DNA of 64,000 nt, taken from the NCBI GenBank assembly GCA_018992685.1, contig JACVGT010000009.1, positions 36,247 to 100,246 on the forward strand. The letters are read 5' to 3'. The notes under the pieces are model-generated. The model saw nothing but the letters and a program-made list of their open reading frames with translations. It did not search any database and was not told the DNA's origin. This DNA comes from Theionarchaea archaeon. GTDB lineage: Archaea > Methanobacteriota_B > Thermococci > Methanofastidiosales > SZ-28-30. Each line of letters begins with the position of its first letter. Within the stretch, counting starts at the first letter, position 1. A program made the translations under genes and the position numbers. This document shows, piece after piece, positions 1-9,801 of the stretch.

Positions 1-652
1 TATAGATTTTTACGAATTCAATAATGGAATGGACGAATCTCAGCATGCGATCAATTCCATTGTGCACAATCAGATACTCCATCCCCTCCAGTAACACAGT
101 CGCCCGGGGGGCTGCTTCAAAGAATTCCTGAATTGTCAGGTGCAGCCGGGCCAGATTTGTCGGATCAAGGTTGCTGTCCTCTGTGGTTGTTTGATTGAGT
201 TGAACCACAGGAATCCTCCTTAAAGGGAGAATCCCAGAGAGAACCTCAGGGGATTGTCTCATGACAATCAAGCCAAAATCTCCCCGGATAATCCTGTCTG
301 TGAACAGGTTAAGGCTCTCTTCGAGCACCCTTTCTTTTACCAGAAATCCCTGTCCTTCAGGAAGACTGTCCCTCATGACCACGGGAGTGATGAAAGGGCA
401 CTGGTGCGAATATGTCCGGTACACTGCGCAGTGGAGAATATCAGGACACTCAGTACACACGGTATCCTTCTTACTGGCACATTGAAACAATTGACAGGAT
501 GACCGCGTCTTCTCGTTCCCCTGTGGGCAGCTTGGACAGTGTCCTTTCTGGTAAGATAAACACTGAGAACACATAGCACCGCATCGTGCATCAGGAGGTA
601 CATCAGTGTCCTGCGAAAGAGACAACTTGATCCGGAGCAAGGTGCCTGACAT
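1..652 (-). CDS. Cys-rich (DUF3795-like) N-terminal domain fused to DUF835 domain; runs off left edge
   Basis: Hand translation from ATG 652 (AGGAGG RBS): MSGTLL...RCGAMCSQC...CPSC...CTECPDILHC...LDPTNLARLHLTIQEFF...VLLEGMEYLIVHNG (DUF835-like). Not in the ORF track because it is truncated. Confidence 0.75.
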   Translation of the reverse strand, partial: MSGTLLRIKLSLSQDTDVPPDARCGAMCSQCLSYQKGHCPSCPQGNEKTRSSCQLFQCASKKDTVCTECPDILHCAVYRTYSHQCPFITPVVMRDSLPEGQGFLVKERVLEESLNLFTDRIIRGDFGLIVMRQSPEVLSGILPLRRIPVVQLNQTTTEDSNLDPTNLARLHLTIQEFFEAAPRATVLLEGMEYLIVHNGIDRMLRFVHSIIEFVKIY

Positions 653-804
653 CAGGAGAACCTCCTGCTTTCAAACCTGACCACAACTATACTCGTCCAA
701 CATATCAGTAGCAGCATCAGTTCTCGGCCGGTGATCAAGGCACATAATGTGGCTCTCTGCATCCATCTCTTGTAGGTACTCTGACCATAAAAAGCTATTT
801 GTGG

Positions 805-1161
805 TTACAGTGTGTCACTAACTGAGAAATCGATGTCTCCGAATTCTTTGGTGGTGGCACCGATTCCAATGGTGTGTTCTCCTGGAGACAAGTTCTTGTC
901 CTGTACGGAAAGTGTCACTTTTACACCAACATTCAGGGGAACCGTATTGGAATCAGAAATCTGAGTAGCAGGTACAGAGATGTCTCCTGCAGCAACTGCT
1001 ATCCTGTCTTCTGGCACCGGCTTATTGTCCACAGTCAGGCTCATCTTGGTTACAGTAGCGTCCATTAAATTGTTTTTTATGACGAGTTGATATCCATTCT
1101 CAGTATTCTTCAGACTTCCTTTCTGGTACAGTTTTTTCAGCATGAAAGAAGGAACTTTCAT
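805..1161 (-). CDS. Small beta-rich hypothetical protein, resembling the domain found N-terminal to some HMG-CoA reductases
   Basis: 118-aa ORF, GAGGTGA RBS, 13 bp downstream of the RLP gene; MLKKLY.KGSLKNT motif. Confidence 0.6.
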   Translation of the reverse strand: MKVPSFMLKKLYQKGSLKNTENGYQLVIKNNLMDATVTKMSLTVDNKPVPEDRIAVAAGDISVPATQISDSNTVPLNVGVKVTLSVQDKNLSPGEHTIGIGATTKEFGDIDFSVSDTL

Positions 1162-1174
1162 ATCATCACCTCTC

Positions 1175-2479
1175 TTATCCCATTAAATCTCTCATTTCTT
1201 TTAGTGCCTTCAGGGAAGCTTCTATAGACTGGGCAAGTTCTTCATGCTCTTCTGCTGCTTCATCTATAGATCTTCCTTCCATGACCGCATCAATGGCCTG
1301 CCTGAAGGCACGGGAACCTGCAGCAGGCCCCATTGGATGTGCGTGGATTGCTCCTCCCGCTCCAATGACTATGTCACGCCCCAGGTCGTTGATGAGTTCG
1401 TCCACCATAGGCTGGGCGATTCCGCCAGAAGGCATGGGAAATACGGGAGGAATGTCGTGGAAGGGGTAGGTCATGGTCTTGGCTGTTTGAACGTACCGCT
1501 CCTTGAGGTATGGGGCTTTCCCGTAGGGAGCAGGAAATACGATGACATCAGCCCCGGCCAGCCTGGGAAGTTTTCCCAGAACAATGGGGGATGCAACACC
1601 AGAAACAGGTGACTCGTACAGGGCTCCTGCAAAATCCATGTGAGTCAGAATGGGTACGGTAATCGATGGATCGTCGGCAAGAGCTCTCAGGACAGAGATA
1701 CCGGCTGTCAAGTAGTTGACCATGATGCAGTTAGTGCCCAGTTCAATTGCCTTCTCTGCATTCTCCAGTACCTTGGGGATGCGGTCAGTCACATTCACTG
1801 CATACAGGGTCTTCTCTCCTTTTTCTTCCTCTGCCCTGTCAGCAGCTTCCATGTACAATGGTATCCTTTCATCCAGGGTGTTAAAGGGGGCGTCGGCCAG
1901 AAGTTCATCATCTTTTATGATGTCTGCACCTCCCCGGGCTGCCTCAAAAAAGAGGTCTCTTCCTGCCTGAGGCGGGTATCCTGTACAGGGTTTGATCATG
2001 TTGTTGAGCAATGGCCTCTCCGGTACGTTCAAGATTTTTCTTATTCCTTTTATTCCAAATTTGGCCCCTTTGAATCCACTGGTAAAGCTTTTCGGAAATT
2101 TAAGATCCATCAGTTTGATTTTGCCTCCCATAGAGATATTTCCTACCACAGTTGTGAGCATCATGGGGATCTGAGCCCCGAAATTCACCCAGGGGAAAGC
2201 GATCTGAACAAGATAGTTTCTCTCAGTGACATTCGGGAGTTCGAACTCGTAGTGGGGGATCTCGTAGATGCCAATGACCTTAGCAACGTGTGTTCTTCTC
2301 ACGTCTTCCGTCTCTCCAGGTACACTAATCCAGGTACCTGTGCTCTGCTCCACGGCTATTGCAGGTGCAATCTTGTAAACATTGTACCGGGGGCTTGCAC
2401 ATACATAGTAGGTGGCAATGACGTAGGCTTCATCATCTACACCCTCGGGGAGGGCTTCTGGAAGTGATTCGACATTCAT
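1175..2479 (-). CDS. RuBisCO-like protein (form IV RLP)
   Basis: EQSTGTW, GGADIIKDDE carbamylation motif, PSGG, GAGGAIHAHPMG; KPCTG replaces the KPKxG of true RuBisCO. Start moved to ATG 2479 after a GGTG RBS. Confidence 0.9.
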   Translation of the reverse strand: MNVESLPEALPEGVDDEAYVIATYYVCASPRYNVYKIAPAIAVEQSTGTWISVPGETEDVRRTHVAKVIGIYEIPHYEFELPNVTERNYLVQIAFPWVNFGAQIPMMLTTVVGNISMGGKIKLMDLKFPKSFTSGFKGAKFGIKGIRKILNVPERPLLNNMIKPCTGYPPQAGRDLFFEAARGGADIIKDDELLADAPFNTLDERIPLYMEAADRAEEEKGEKTLYAVNVTDRIPKVLENAEKAIELGTNCIMVNYLTAGISVLRALADDPSITVPILTHMDFAGALYESPVSGVASPIVLGKLPRLAGADVIVFPAPYGKAPYLKERYVQTAKTMTYPFHDIPPVFPMPSGGIAQPMVDELINDLGRDIVIGAGGAIHAHPMGPAAGSRAFRQAIDAVMEGRSIDEAAEEHEELAQSIEASLKALKEMRDLMG

Positions 2480-2783
2480 AGGTACACCTGCTATCATTTG
2501 GGGGGTACGCTTATATCTCTTATCCACCCTTGGGCCTGATGAGAGCTGTGCTCTACGGTGAAGACCGCCTGGCAAGACCCTCGCCGGTGCTATGAGAATA
2601 TTTGCCCTTGGCCGGTTCAGGCAGTGTGACCAATCACGATTCGACAGTATCGGAAGGGCACAACCTATTTAAGCTGTTATTCAAAAGAAATCCAATGGAG
2701 TACGCCTGCACATCTGCCGTAATCGTTACTCCTTCAGTCCAAACCGTGCAGGACGTAGCCACCATCTCAAGGGAGGTGACAAA

Positions 2784-3155
2784 ATGGCACTGTCAAAAAG
2801 AGAGAAACTCACTCAGGCGTTGAAGGACCTGGAAGCTACAACTCCGGACATTGAAGCTTCAGCCATCGTTTCTGTGGATGGGTTGATGATTGCCTCGGCT
2901 CTGCCTCGGGATGTGGAGGAGGACAGGGTAGCTGCCATGTCAGCAGCCATGCTTTCGCTGGGAGAGAGGACGGCTGGTGAGCTGACCAGGGGCGAACTCT
3001 CAGAGGTATATGTCAAAGGAGAAAATGGATATGTAATCTTGATGTCGGCAGGAGAAAATGCAGTGCTTACTGCTTTGGCTCGCAAAGATGCTAAGCTTGG
3101 ATTGGTCTTTCTGGACATGAAGAGAACAGCAGAAGAGATCAAGGATAATGTGTAG
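2784..3155 (+). CDS. Roadblock/LC7 (MglB-like) protein
   Basis: ASAIVSVDGLMIAS...AAMSAAMLSLGER...VKGENGYV...LGLVFLDM; GGAGGTG RBS. Confidence 0.92.
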   Translation: MALSKREKLTQALKDLEATTPDIEASAIVSVDGLMIASALPRDVEEDRVAAMSAAMLSLGERTAGELTRGELSEVYVKGENGYVILMSAGENAVLTALARKDAKLGLVFLDMKRTAEEIKDNV

Positions 3156-3202
3156 TAACCTTTTAAAATGCAGCGTTTGTCAAGGGAGCCAGAGGAGTAA
3201 CT

Positions 3203-3793
3203 ATGAAAGAGCTCATAACTATGGCCTTTCGCCAGGTCCGAGGGATTCGAGACATATTCATTCCAGAAGAAGCTACACCAGTCTTCAGTAACATTATGGA
3301 GAATTTGCACGAAATACTTGCTTCCCAGGTTGCCGACTATCTTCTGATTGAGGGTGAACAGGGACGGTTCTATGCCCGGTTTTCTAATGATGGATGGGTT
3401 GGAGTGACCACAGATCGTGATGTCAGCGAGGTTCTCATACTGGCAGCCTTGGATAGAACAGCACGGTTCCTGGACAAACACCGTCAGATCAAGCAGAGAA
3501 TCAAGCACCTTCAGCATGACATTGAGGAACTGTTTCTTATGCAGGGAATAGCCGCAGCAGTGCGGGAGATGGATCTCTCTGTGGGGACTGACAGCCTCAC
3601 TGGTACCATTCGGGTGTCTGCACGAGGAGGACGGTCTGAGGCAGTCCGCGATCTTGTTGTAAAGTTTTTGGACAAGCAGCTTCCATATTTCATCAGGAAC
3701 AAAGTGATTGTTGTCACAGAGAAGCAGTCACTTTTTGAACGGATAACACGAGATCAGCTGGTAAGGATCATAAGAAGAGTGGAGCGATTATGA
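3203..3793 (+). CDS. Hypothetical protein in roadblock-GTPase operon (possible degenerate roadblock N-terminal domain)
   Basis: 196-aa ORF, GAGGAG RBS, stop overlaps the GTPase start. Confidence 0.65.
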   Translation: MKELITMAFRQVRGIRDIFIPEEATPVFSNIMENLHEILASQVADYLLIEGEQGRFYARFSNDGWVGVTTDRDVSEVLILAALDRTARFLDKHRQIKQRIKHLQHDIEELFLMQGIAAAVREMDLSVGTDSLTGTIRVSARGGRSEAVRDLVVKFLDKQLPYFIRNKVIVVTEKQSLFERITRDQLVRIIRRVERL

Positions 3794-4299
3794 TGAAAGC
3801 GAAGATATTGGTGACAGGCGCTTTCAATGCGGGAAAGACTACATTCATTCACAGCATCTCCGAGATAAGACCTGTTTACACGGACAAGAAAATGCTCGAT
3901 ACTGAGGAATTGACCACTGTAGCCATGGATTTCGGGAGAATAACGATAGATGATGATCTGGCATTGTATTTGTTTGGCACTCCCGGACAGGAACGCTTTG
4001 ATTTTATGTGGGAGATCCTCAAAGAAGATATTATTGGGTTTATTCTTCTACTGGACAGTGTCACTCCAGAAATTCCTACCACCCAGAAGATTCTGGACTT
4101 TCTTATTTCACATTCAGATGTTCCATTTGTTATTGCCTGTACAAAAAGAGATCACGTACATGCTCTCCCCATGGAAACACTACGAGAGCAGATGAAAATG
4201 GATGATGTCCCAGTGATTCCCTGCGTTGCAACTCAGAGAGACAGCGTGAAGGAGGTTCTTCTGATTCTCCTTCGTGAAATATTGAATAGGTTTTCCTGA
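3790..4299 (+). CDS. Small Ras-like GTPase (MglA/CvnD/GPN-like)
   Basis: GAFNAGKTT, TTVAMDFG, FGTPGQERF, TKRD. Confidence 0.92.
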   Translation: MMKAKILVTGAFNAGKTTFIHSISEIRPVYTDKKMLDTEELTTVAMDFGRITIDDDLALYLFGTPGQERFDFMWEILKEDIIGFILLLDSVTPEIPTTQKILDFLISHSDVPFVIACTKRDHVHALPMETLREQMKMDDVPVIPCVATQRDSVKEVLLILLREILNRFS

Positions 4300-4328
4300 T
4301 AATGAAGAGACTGGACCTGGCATCACAA

Positions 4329-5198
4329 TCATAAGGTGAGGCTGAGGCCATGGTGATTGAGGAAGGCATTGAGGTCATCTCGACTGCAAATCCCTCCTCG
4401 TGCCCCCTGGTGCTGCACTTTTATGGAGGATGTGGCAGTCCCCAGGATGCCACACTCCTTCAGTATGTGCTGGGTCAGCAGCCCGGAAATAAACCCTGCG
4501 TCGAAGGCGTCTCCAGCACCTGTTGAATCACGAGCGGTGTAGCCAAAAGACGGAACATCGATGATCTCATCTGTGAGGATAGAGCAACCTCCTCCATTCT
4601 TGGTTACTATTAGGCAGCGAGCAGCCAGAATATCAGCAGCTTTTTCTAAGGAATCAGTCTTGACTTCTCTCTTCAGATCATCTTCGTTTAAGAAGACATA
4701 GTCGACATGAGGAACCAGTTCCGGGAAGAGCAGTTCCTGTGGGTCCCACGAGAGCGTGAGAGGCGCATCCCTGCACATGGATATGAGGTCCTGTACCACA
4801 GTCCTTGGGCTGCTGGACACATGAATGTGCTGTGCATCTCGTATGGATGCATCAATTTTGATGTGTTGATTTGCCCCGGTGAATTTGATCATTCGTTTTG
4901 CCTCTCCTTCCACCAGTATCACCGCAATCCCTGTTGTGCCAGTTCTTATCACATTCTCTGTACTGACATGGTAGGATGCAAGATCCTGAAGCTGTATGTC
5001 ACCAAGGGGGTCCTCTCCCACGGCACCCACCATCCCCGTGGTGAGCCCCAGAGAACCCAGCCAGCACGCAGTGTTGCCAGCAGAGCCACCGCAGGAAAAG
5101 GAAGCTTCTTCACAGCGCATTTTCTCGTGCAGGTCAGGTAGGCGGGCAACGTGAAAGCTGATGTCATAGTTCAGGTTGCCAACGCAGACGACGTCCAT
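4329..5198 (-). CDS. PfkB/ribokinase-family carbohydrate kinase
   Basis: GGSAGNTA and DSTGAGDAFDAG signatures. Confidence 0.93.
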   Translation of the reverse strand: MDVVCVGNLNYDISFHVARLPDLHEKMRCEEASFSCGGSAGNTACWLGSLGLTTGMVGAVGEDPLGDIQLQDLASYHVSTENVIRTGTTGIAVILVEGEAKRMIKFTGANQHIKIDASIRDAQHIHVSSSPRTVVQDLISMCRDAPLTLSWDPQELLFPELVPHVDYVFLNEDDLKREVKTDSLEKAADILAARCLIVTKNGGGCSILTDEIIDVPSFGYTARDSTGAGDAFDAGFISGLLTQHILKECGILGTATSSIKVQHQGARGGICSRDDLNAFLNHHGLSLTL

Positions 5199-5297
5199 GC
5201 CCTTACTAGAAGTGAGCATTCTTAAATATTGGTGGCTGTGAAGATTGGGGTGTCACGACGACTATGAGAAAAAGGAGACAGCATGAAAACATGCATC

Positions 5298-5870
5298 CTA
5301 GAAACTGAAAACGAGCAGTAATATCGCTGAAATGAAGACTGCTGTCCATAAGAGAGGGTTGTAGCGCACTACCTTTGAACCATCCATTGGGGGTATTGGG
5401 ATCAAATTGAAGACAGCGAGGAAGAAGTTGATCATGGCCAATTCTGTGAGGAACCCTGTGTACACACCGGTCAATTTCAGCAGCAACGCTGCGGCTCCTA
5501 CCGCGATGTTACAGACAGGCCCGGCAAGCGATGTCTTACCTTCAATTTCTGAAGTCACCCATCCTGTGCTCATAATCATGACAGCTCCTGGAGCGGCAAA
5601 AAACACGATCCTGGTCAAGCCCAGAAAGAAAGCAAGGACTAACCCCCAGGTGTATTTTCTGTATTCTGCCCAGAGACCATACTTCTGGGCCATGTACTTA
5701 TGTGACAGCTCGTGCAAGACAAAAGCACTTCCCACAATAATGAGCATCTGCACAATCAGCACGGGATTTCGCACCAGACGGCTTACACCCAGTCTGAAAA
5801 CAGCAAAGGAAATACCCAGGACGATCCAGGAAATCACAAGATCTTCCATTTCTTTTTGACTGAATTTCAT
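5298..5870 (-). CDS. Site-2 (M50) membrane metalloprotease
   Basis: HELSH, AGP and FNLIPIPPMDG motifs; hydrophobic. Confidence 0.92.
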   Translation of the reverse strand: MKFSQKEMEDLVISWIVLGISFAVFRLGVSRLVRNPVLIVQMLIIVGSAFVLHELSHKYMAQKYGLWAEYRKYTWGLVLAFFLGLTRIVFFAAPGAVMIMSTGWVTSEIEGKTSLAGPVCNIAVGAAALLLKLTGVYTGFLTELAMINFFLAVFNLIPIPPMDGSKVVRYNPLLWTAVFISAILLLVFSF

Positions 5871-6541
5871 TGGATTCCCTCTTTTTGACAGCTTTTATAA
5901 TTATCGATGAGATGATGTTTGATGCCCTTGAGATGGCCCGCTCCCACCACTACCACCACTGTCCCTGAAAGAGATGACAGGTTCCGTGCCATTATGCGGT
6001 CCCGTTCTTCTATGAGCACTGCATGTGCTGAGGGACTCACTTTGCGCAACTCCTCGGTTAGAGAGTCAACCATGGCTGAGTCAATGTGGTCCAGTTCCAT
6101 CTTGGTAGGGGTCAAAATGTAGAAAAGCATTCTGACGATGTCACCAAGGGAGAAACTTGAAATCAGCTTGTTGAGCGTGGCCACGATGTTTTGATCGATT
6201 AGCACGATGGATGCCCCCACAGTGCGAGCCACTTCTGCGGCCTCCAGCATCTCGGCACCTGGCAAGACACCCGTTTCCTGGCCGACTTTGTTCTGGAGGT
6301 ATGAAAGCAGGCTCCCCACCACAGCCATTCGGAGACCCATTCTCAACATCTGAAGGAACCCGGGGGATTCCCTGGACTCTGACTGGAGAGCCAGTAGTCG
6401 GCTGGAATCCAGTTCCAGGGCAACGTGATCAGGACGAATATCCAGAATGGTGGTTTTCACGAGATCAACGCTTTCCTGAAAGACATGACCCGTTCCCACC
6501 AGAACAAATGTGGTCTGTCCGAGGGTCACTTCTTCTTTCAT
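5867..6541 (-). CDS. TraB/GumN family protein (short form)
   Basis: VGTGHV, VALELD..R, PGAEM, LIEERD, VVGAGH. Confidence 0.9.
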   Translation of the reverse strand: MKEEVTLGQTTFVLVGTGHVFQESVDLVKTTILDIRPDHVALELDSSRLLALQSESRESPGFLQMLRMGLRMAVVGSLLSYLQNKVGQETGVLPGAEMLEAAEVARTVGASIVLIDQNIVATLNKLISSFSLGDIVRMLFYILTPTKMELDHIDSAMVDSLTEELRKVSPSAHAVLIEERDRIMARNLSSLSGTVVVVVGAGHLKGIKHHLIDNYKSCQKEGIQ

Positions 6542-6799
6542 TGCGGTACAGGAGGGGGGGAGATATATAAAGATTCAGATAATGATATGCACGGTAGGAC
6601 CAATATCAGAAAGAGTAGTAGGTGGGAAATCTGTTGATTTCCAAACAGCACACAAGAATATTCCTATTCATCTTTTCACCTCTCCTAGTAATCCATAGCA
6701 GTTTTTAAAAAGTCATGTTTTTTCGATATTTAGTATTACGAAGCTCTCTTAAAGAAAAGATTGTCATTTAAGAAATGGGAAATGAGAAAAAAAAGAACT

Positions 6800-8074
6800 C
6801 TACTGTGTACAGCACTCTTCAATCTCTTGCAGAAGTTCCAGTGCTTTCAGTGCCCAGTAGTTTGCAGCAATGTAGTTTCCGTCAATGAAGAATTTCTCAG
6901 CCATCTCCAAGTACTCTTGTACTTCATCCAATCTGTTGACACAGCATGTACTGTACAAAGGGTCACTCTCAACGTTGAGGTTGTCACATGTCTTTTGCAC
7001 TTCATTGATGAGGCTTTGTACTTGTGAGATTCTGTAAGCAGCCAAAGGCATAAACGGCTTGTTAGTATCTGGATTGCGGGGAGTGAAAGAAGGTCCTTCT
7101 CCGCAGAAATCAGTGTCAAGCGTTGCACCAAAGATATCTCCATTCCCATTTCTGTAATCCGTCCAGACAACGGCATTGCAATATATTGCAGGCTTACTCT
7201 GTTCACTTCCCAGTGTACATATGGGAAACTCTGTTGACGTGGAAAGGTCATAGCCATAGATATCCCAATTCCTATTCCTGTGATCATCCCAGATAACAAC
7301 ATTGCCATAGATTGCAGGCCACCCCTGTCTATCTCCCATTGTACATATAGAAAACTCTGTTGACGTGGAAAGGTCATAGCCATAGATATCCGCGTTCCCA
7401 TTCCTGTAACCTTCCCAGACAACAACGTTGCCATAGATTGCAGGAATTGCCTGAACACTTCCTAGTGTACATATAGAAAACTCTGTTGACGTGGAAAGGT
7501 CATAGCCATAGATATCCTGGTTTCCGTTCCTGTAGTCTTCCCAGACAACAACGTTGCCATAGATTGCAGGACACCGCTGGTTACTTCCTAGTGTACATAT
7601 AGAGAACTCTGTTGACGTGGAAAGGTCATAGCCATAGATATCCTGGTTTCCGTTCCTGAAATCGTCCCAGACAACAACATTGCCATAGATTGCAGGCCAC
7701 AACTGATTACTTCCATCTGTACATATAGAAAACTCTGTTGACGTGGAAAGGTCATAGCCATAGATATCCTGGTTTCCGTTCCTGTAGTCTTCCCAGAAAA
7801 CAACATTGCCATAGATTGCAGGCCACAACTGATTACTTCCATCTGTACATATAGAAAACTCTGTTGACGTGGAAAGGTCATAGCCATAGATATCCGCGTT
7901 CCCATTCCTGTAGTCTTCCCAGAAAACAACATTGCCATAGATTGCAAGATGCCACTGAGTAAATCTTTCTGTACAAATAGGAACCTCTAACACAACAGAA
8001 GCACCAAAAACACCTGTCACCAATACAACCACCAGCATCACCAACACTATCATCCATTTTTTTCCCAGTCTCAT
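6800..8074 (-). CDS. Secreted/cell-surface beta-propeller repeat protein (Methanosarcinales-type WxDxRNGN.DIYGYDL repeats) with C-terminal helical domain
   Basis: N-terminal signal peptide; seven 42-aa repeats; C-terminal ...GNYIAANYWALKALELL. Confidence 0.88.
   Translation of the reverse strand: MRLGKKWMIVLVMLVVVLVTGVFGASVVLEVPICTERFTQWHLAIYGNVVFWEDYRNGNADIYGYDLSTSTEFSICTDGSNQLWPAIYGNVVFWEDYRNGNQDIYGYDLSTSTEFSICTDGSNQLWPAIYGNVVVWDDFRNGNQDIYGYDLSTSTEFSICTLGSNQRCPAIYGNVVVWEDYRNGNQDIYGYDLSTSTEFSICTLGSVQAIPAIYGNVVVWEGYRNGNADIYGYDLSTSTEFSICTMGDRQGWPAIYGNVVIWDDHRNRNWDIYGYDLSTSTEFPICTLGSEQSKPAIYCNAVVWTDYRNGNGDIFGATLDTDFCGEGPSFTPRNPDTNKPFMPLAAYRISQVQSLINEVQKTCDNLNVESDPLYSTCCVNRLDEVQEYLEMAEKFFIDGNYIAANYWALKALELLQEIEECCTQ
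7131..7946. repeat. Intragenic 126-bp tandem repeat (about 6.5 copies)
   Basis: CTCTGTTGACGTGGAAAGGTCATAGCCATAGATATCC recurs at 7229, 7355, 7481, 7607, 7733 and 7859. Confidence 0.95.
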
Positions 8075-8408
8075 TTCTAGCATGTACAGGAAAAGATAAT
8101 TGACCATTTAAAGCTTTATTTTATTAACTACGTTAGTCATTAATGTTATTCACCAACAGGATTGTCTATCCAGTTCTGGATTTGAAGATTCAACCTTCCA
8201 AGAAGTCCCTTCATCTTCCCCTCTATACGTATATCACGGATCTGATTAAGAAGGCTTGTGTAACTCATGGTTACAAGATTGGAGGTTGAGTGTGCATTTT
8301 CTCCTCTTTCTTGTATTGTAGTTTCCGCAATAATTATGCAATAATGTTATACATGTCGATCTCCTGGTGTACTCGTAATGTATATAAGCTCTGCTTCGAG
8401 GCTGGATT

Positions 8409-9725
8409 ATGAACCTCGTTATCATTGGGTTGGGCACTGCAGGATATGCTGCAGCCATGGAAGCTGCAAAACGTGGTGCTCACCTGACTGTTATTGAGAA
8501 ACGGGATTTTGAAACTTTCTCTCCTTGCGGGCTTCCCTATGTCGTTGATGGATCTATTCCGTCTTTCGAAGATCTCAAACACTCTATCAGGTTACGAAAT
8601 ACAGAGAAATTACTCTCTCACAGTGTAGAATCTATTGACATCCAGAAGAAGACAGTTAGAACACGAGATTGCAAGAAAGGAGATTACAAGACCGTTCCCT
8701 ACGACAAGCTGATCATTGCTACAGGCGCCATCCCCGTGATACCCCCCATCAAAGGAGCGAGAGAACTCCTTGGGAAGGGAACCTTTGTTGTTTCCGGGAT
8801 CGGGGATACAAGCGAGCTCAAAAAGAAGGCAGAAGTTTCCAAATCATGTGTTGTTATCGGAGCAGGAGCCATTGGGCTGGAAACTGCCTGCACGCTCCAC
8901 AATAAAGGATTACAGGTGACTGTGGTGGAAATGCTGCCTCAGGTGTTTCCCCAGGCCATTGATGAAGACATGGCTCTCGATGTGAAGAACCACCTGGAGG
9001 ACAGTGGAATTCCCGTGGTTGTGAATGCCCGGGTAGAATCTGTCACGCAGGATGGGGGCGTGGTGGTTACTGCTGACAGGGAGTATACTGCTGATTTTGC
9101 CATGATTGCTGCAGGAGTGAGAGCAAACTTCGCTCTGGCAGAGAAAGCAGGAATAACGATTGGGAAGTGGGGGATCAAGGTCAATCCGAAAATGGAAACC
9201 TCTGCTCAAGATGTGTATGCATGTGGAGACTGCATAGAGACGTATTCCTATGTCAACGGTGAGCCCTGGATGATGCAGCTGGCTACATCTGCCCTGCAGA
9301 TGGGACAGGTTGCTGCAACAAACGTCATGGGAGGGAATGCTTCCTACCAGGGATGTCTCAATACCTTTGCTTCAGAATTGGGTGGAAAGGAAATTGCATC
9401 CTGTGGATTCACTGAGAATCAGGCGGCAAGATTCGGATATGATGTGGCCGTGGGAGAAGGAGCAGGAAGAGTGACTGCAGACTACTACCCGGGAGAAGAG
9501 ACGGTCAAGGTCAAACTCATCGTGGACAAGAAAGATCACCGTCTCCTGGGAGGGCAGGCGTTTGGTGTGGGCGCATTCTGGAGGGTGAATGTGATTTCTC
9601 TTGCCGTGAAAGCACATATGACAGTGGATGAGTTCTCCACAATGGAACTTGCCTACACGCCGCCATTGTCAACGTCACACGATGTACTGCTGAAAGCCTG
9701 TGATTTTGTGTTGAGGCGACTGTGA
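8409..9725 (+). CDS. CoA-disulfide reductase/NADH oxidase family flavoprotein
   Basis: GLGTAG, FSPCGLPY (redox Cys), GAGAIG, YACGDC, ELAYTPP. Confidence 0.9.
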   Translation: MNLVIIGLGTAGYAAAMEAAKRGAHLTVIEKRDFETFSPCGLPYVVDGSIPSFEDLKHSIRLRNTEKLLSHSVESIDIQKKTVRTRDCKKGDYKTVPYDKLIIATGAIPVIPPIKGARELLGKGTFVVSGIGDTSELKKKAEVSKSCVVIGAGAIGLETACTLHNKGLQVTVVEMLPQVFPQAIDEDMALDVKNHLEDSGIPVVVNARVESVTQDGGVVVTADREYTADFAMIAAGVRANFALAEKAGITIGKWGIKVNPKMETSAQDVYACGDCIETYSYVNGEPWMMQLATSALQMGQVAATNVMGGNASYQGCLNTFASELGGKEIASCGFTENQAARFGYDVAVGEGAGRVTADYYPGEETVKVKLIVDKKDHRLLGGQAFGVGAFWRVNVISLAVKAHMTVDEFSTMELAYTPPLSTSHDVLLKACDFVLRRL

Positions 9726-9801
9726 CAAGAACGCTGTCAGAGGGACGAATTCTTTGATCCTGAATATCAGGGTGACTGAAGAGCTTCCAAGACCGAAAAG
9801 G

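Noticed and set aside
1175-2479. CO2-fixing form III RuBisCO
   Set aside because: Lacks the KPK motif and other carboxylase residues; form IV pattern.
7131-7946. 126-bp repeats as a CRISPR array or DGR template
   Set aside because: The repeats are in-frame coding units with no unique spacers, and no cas or reverse transcriptase gene is in the window.
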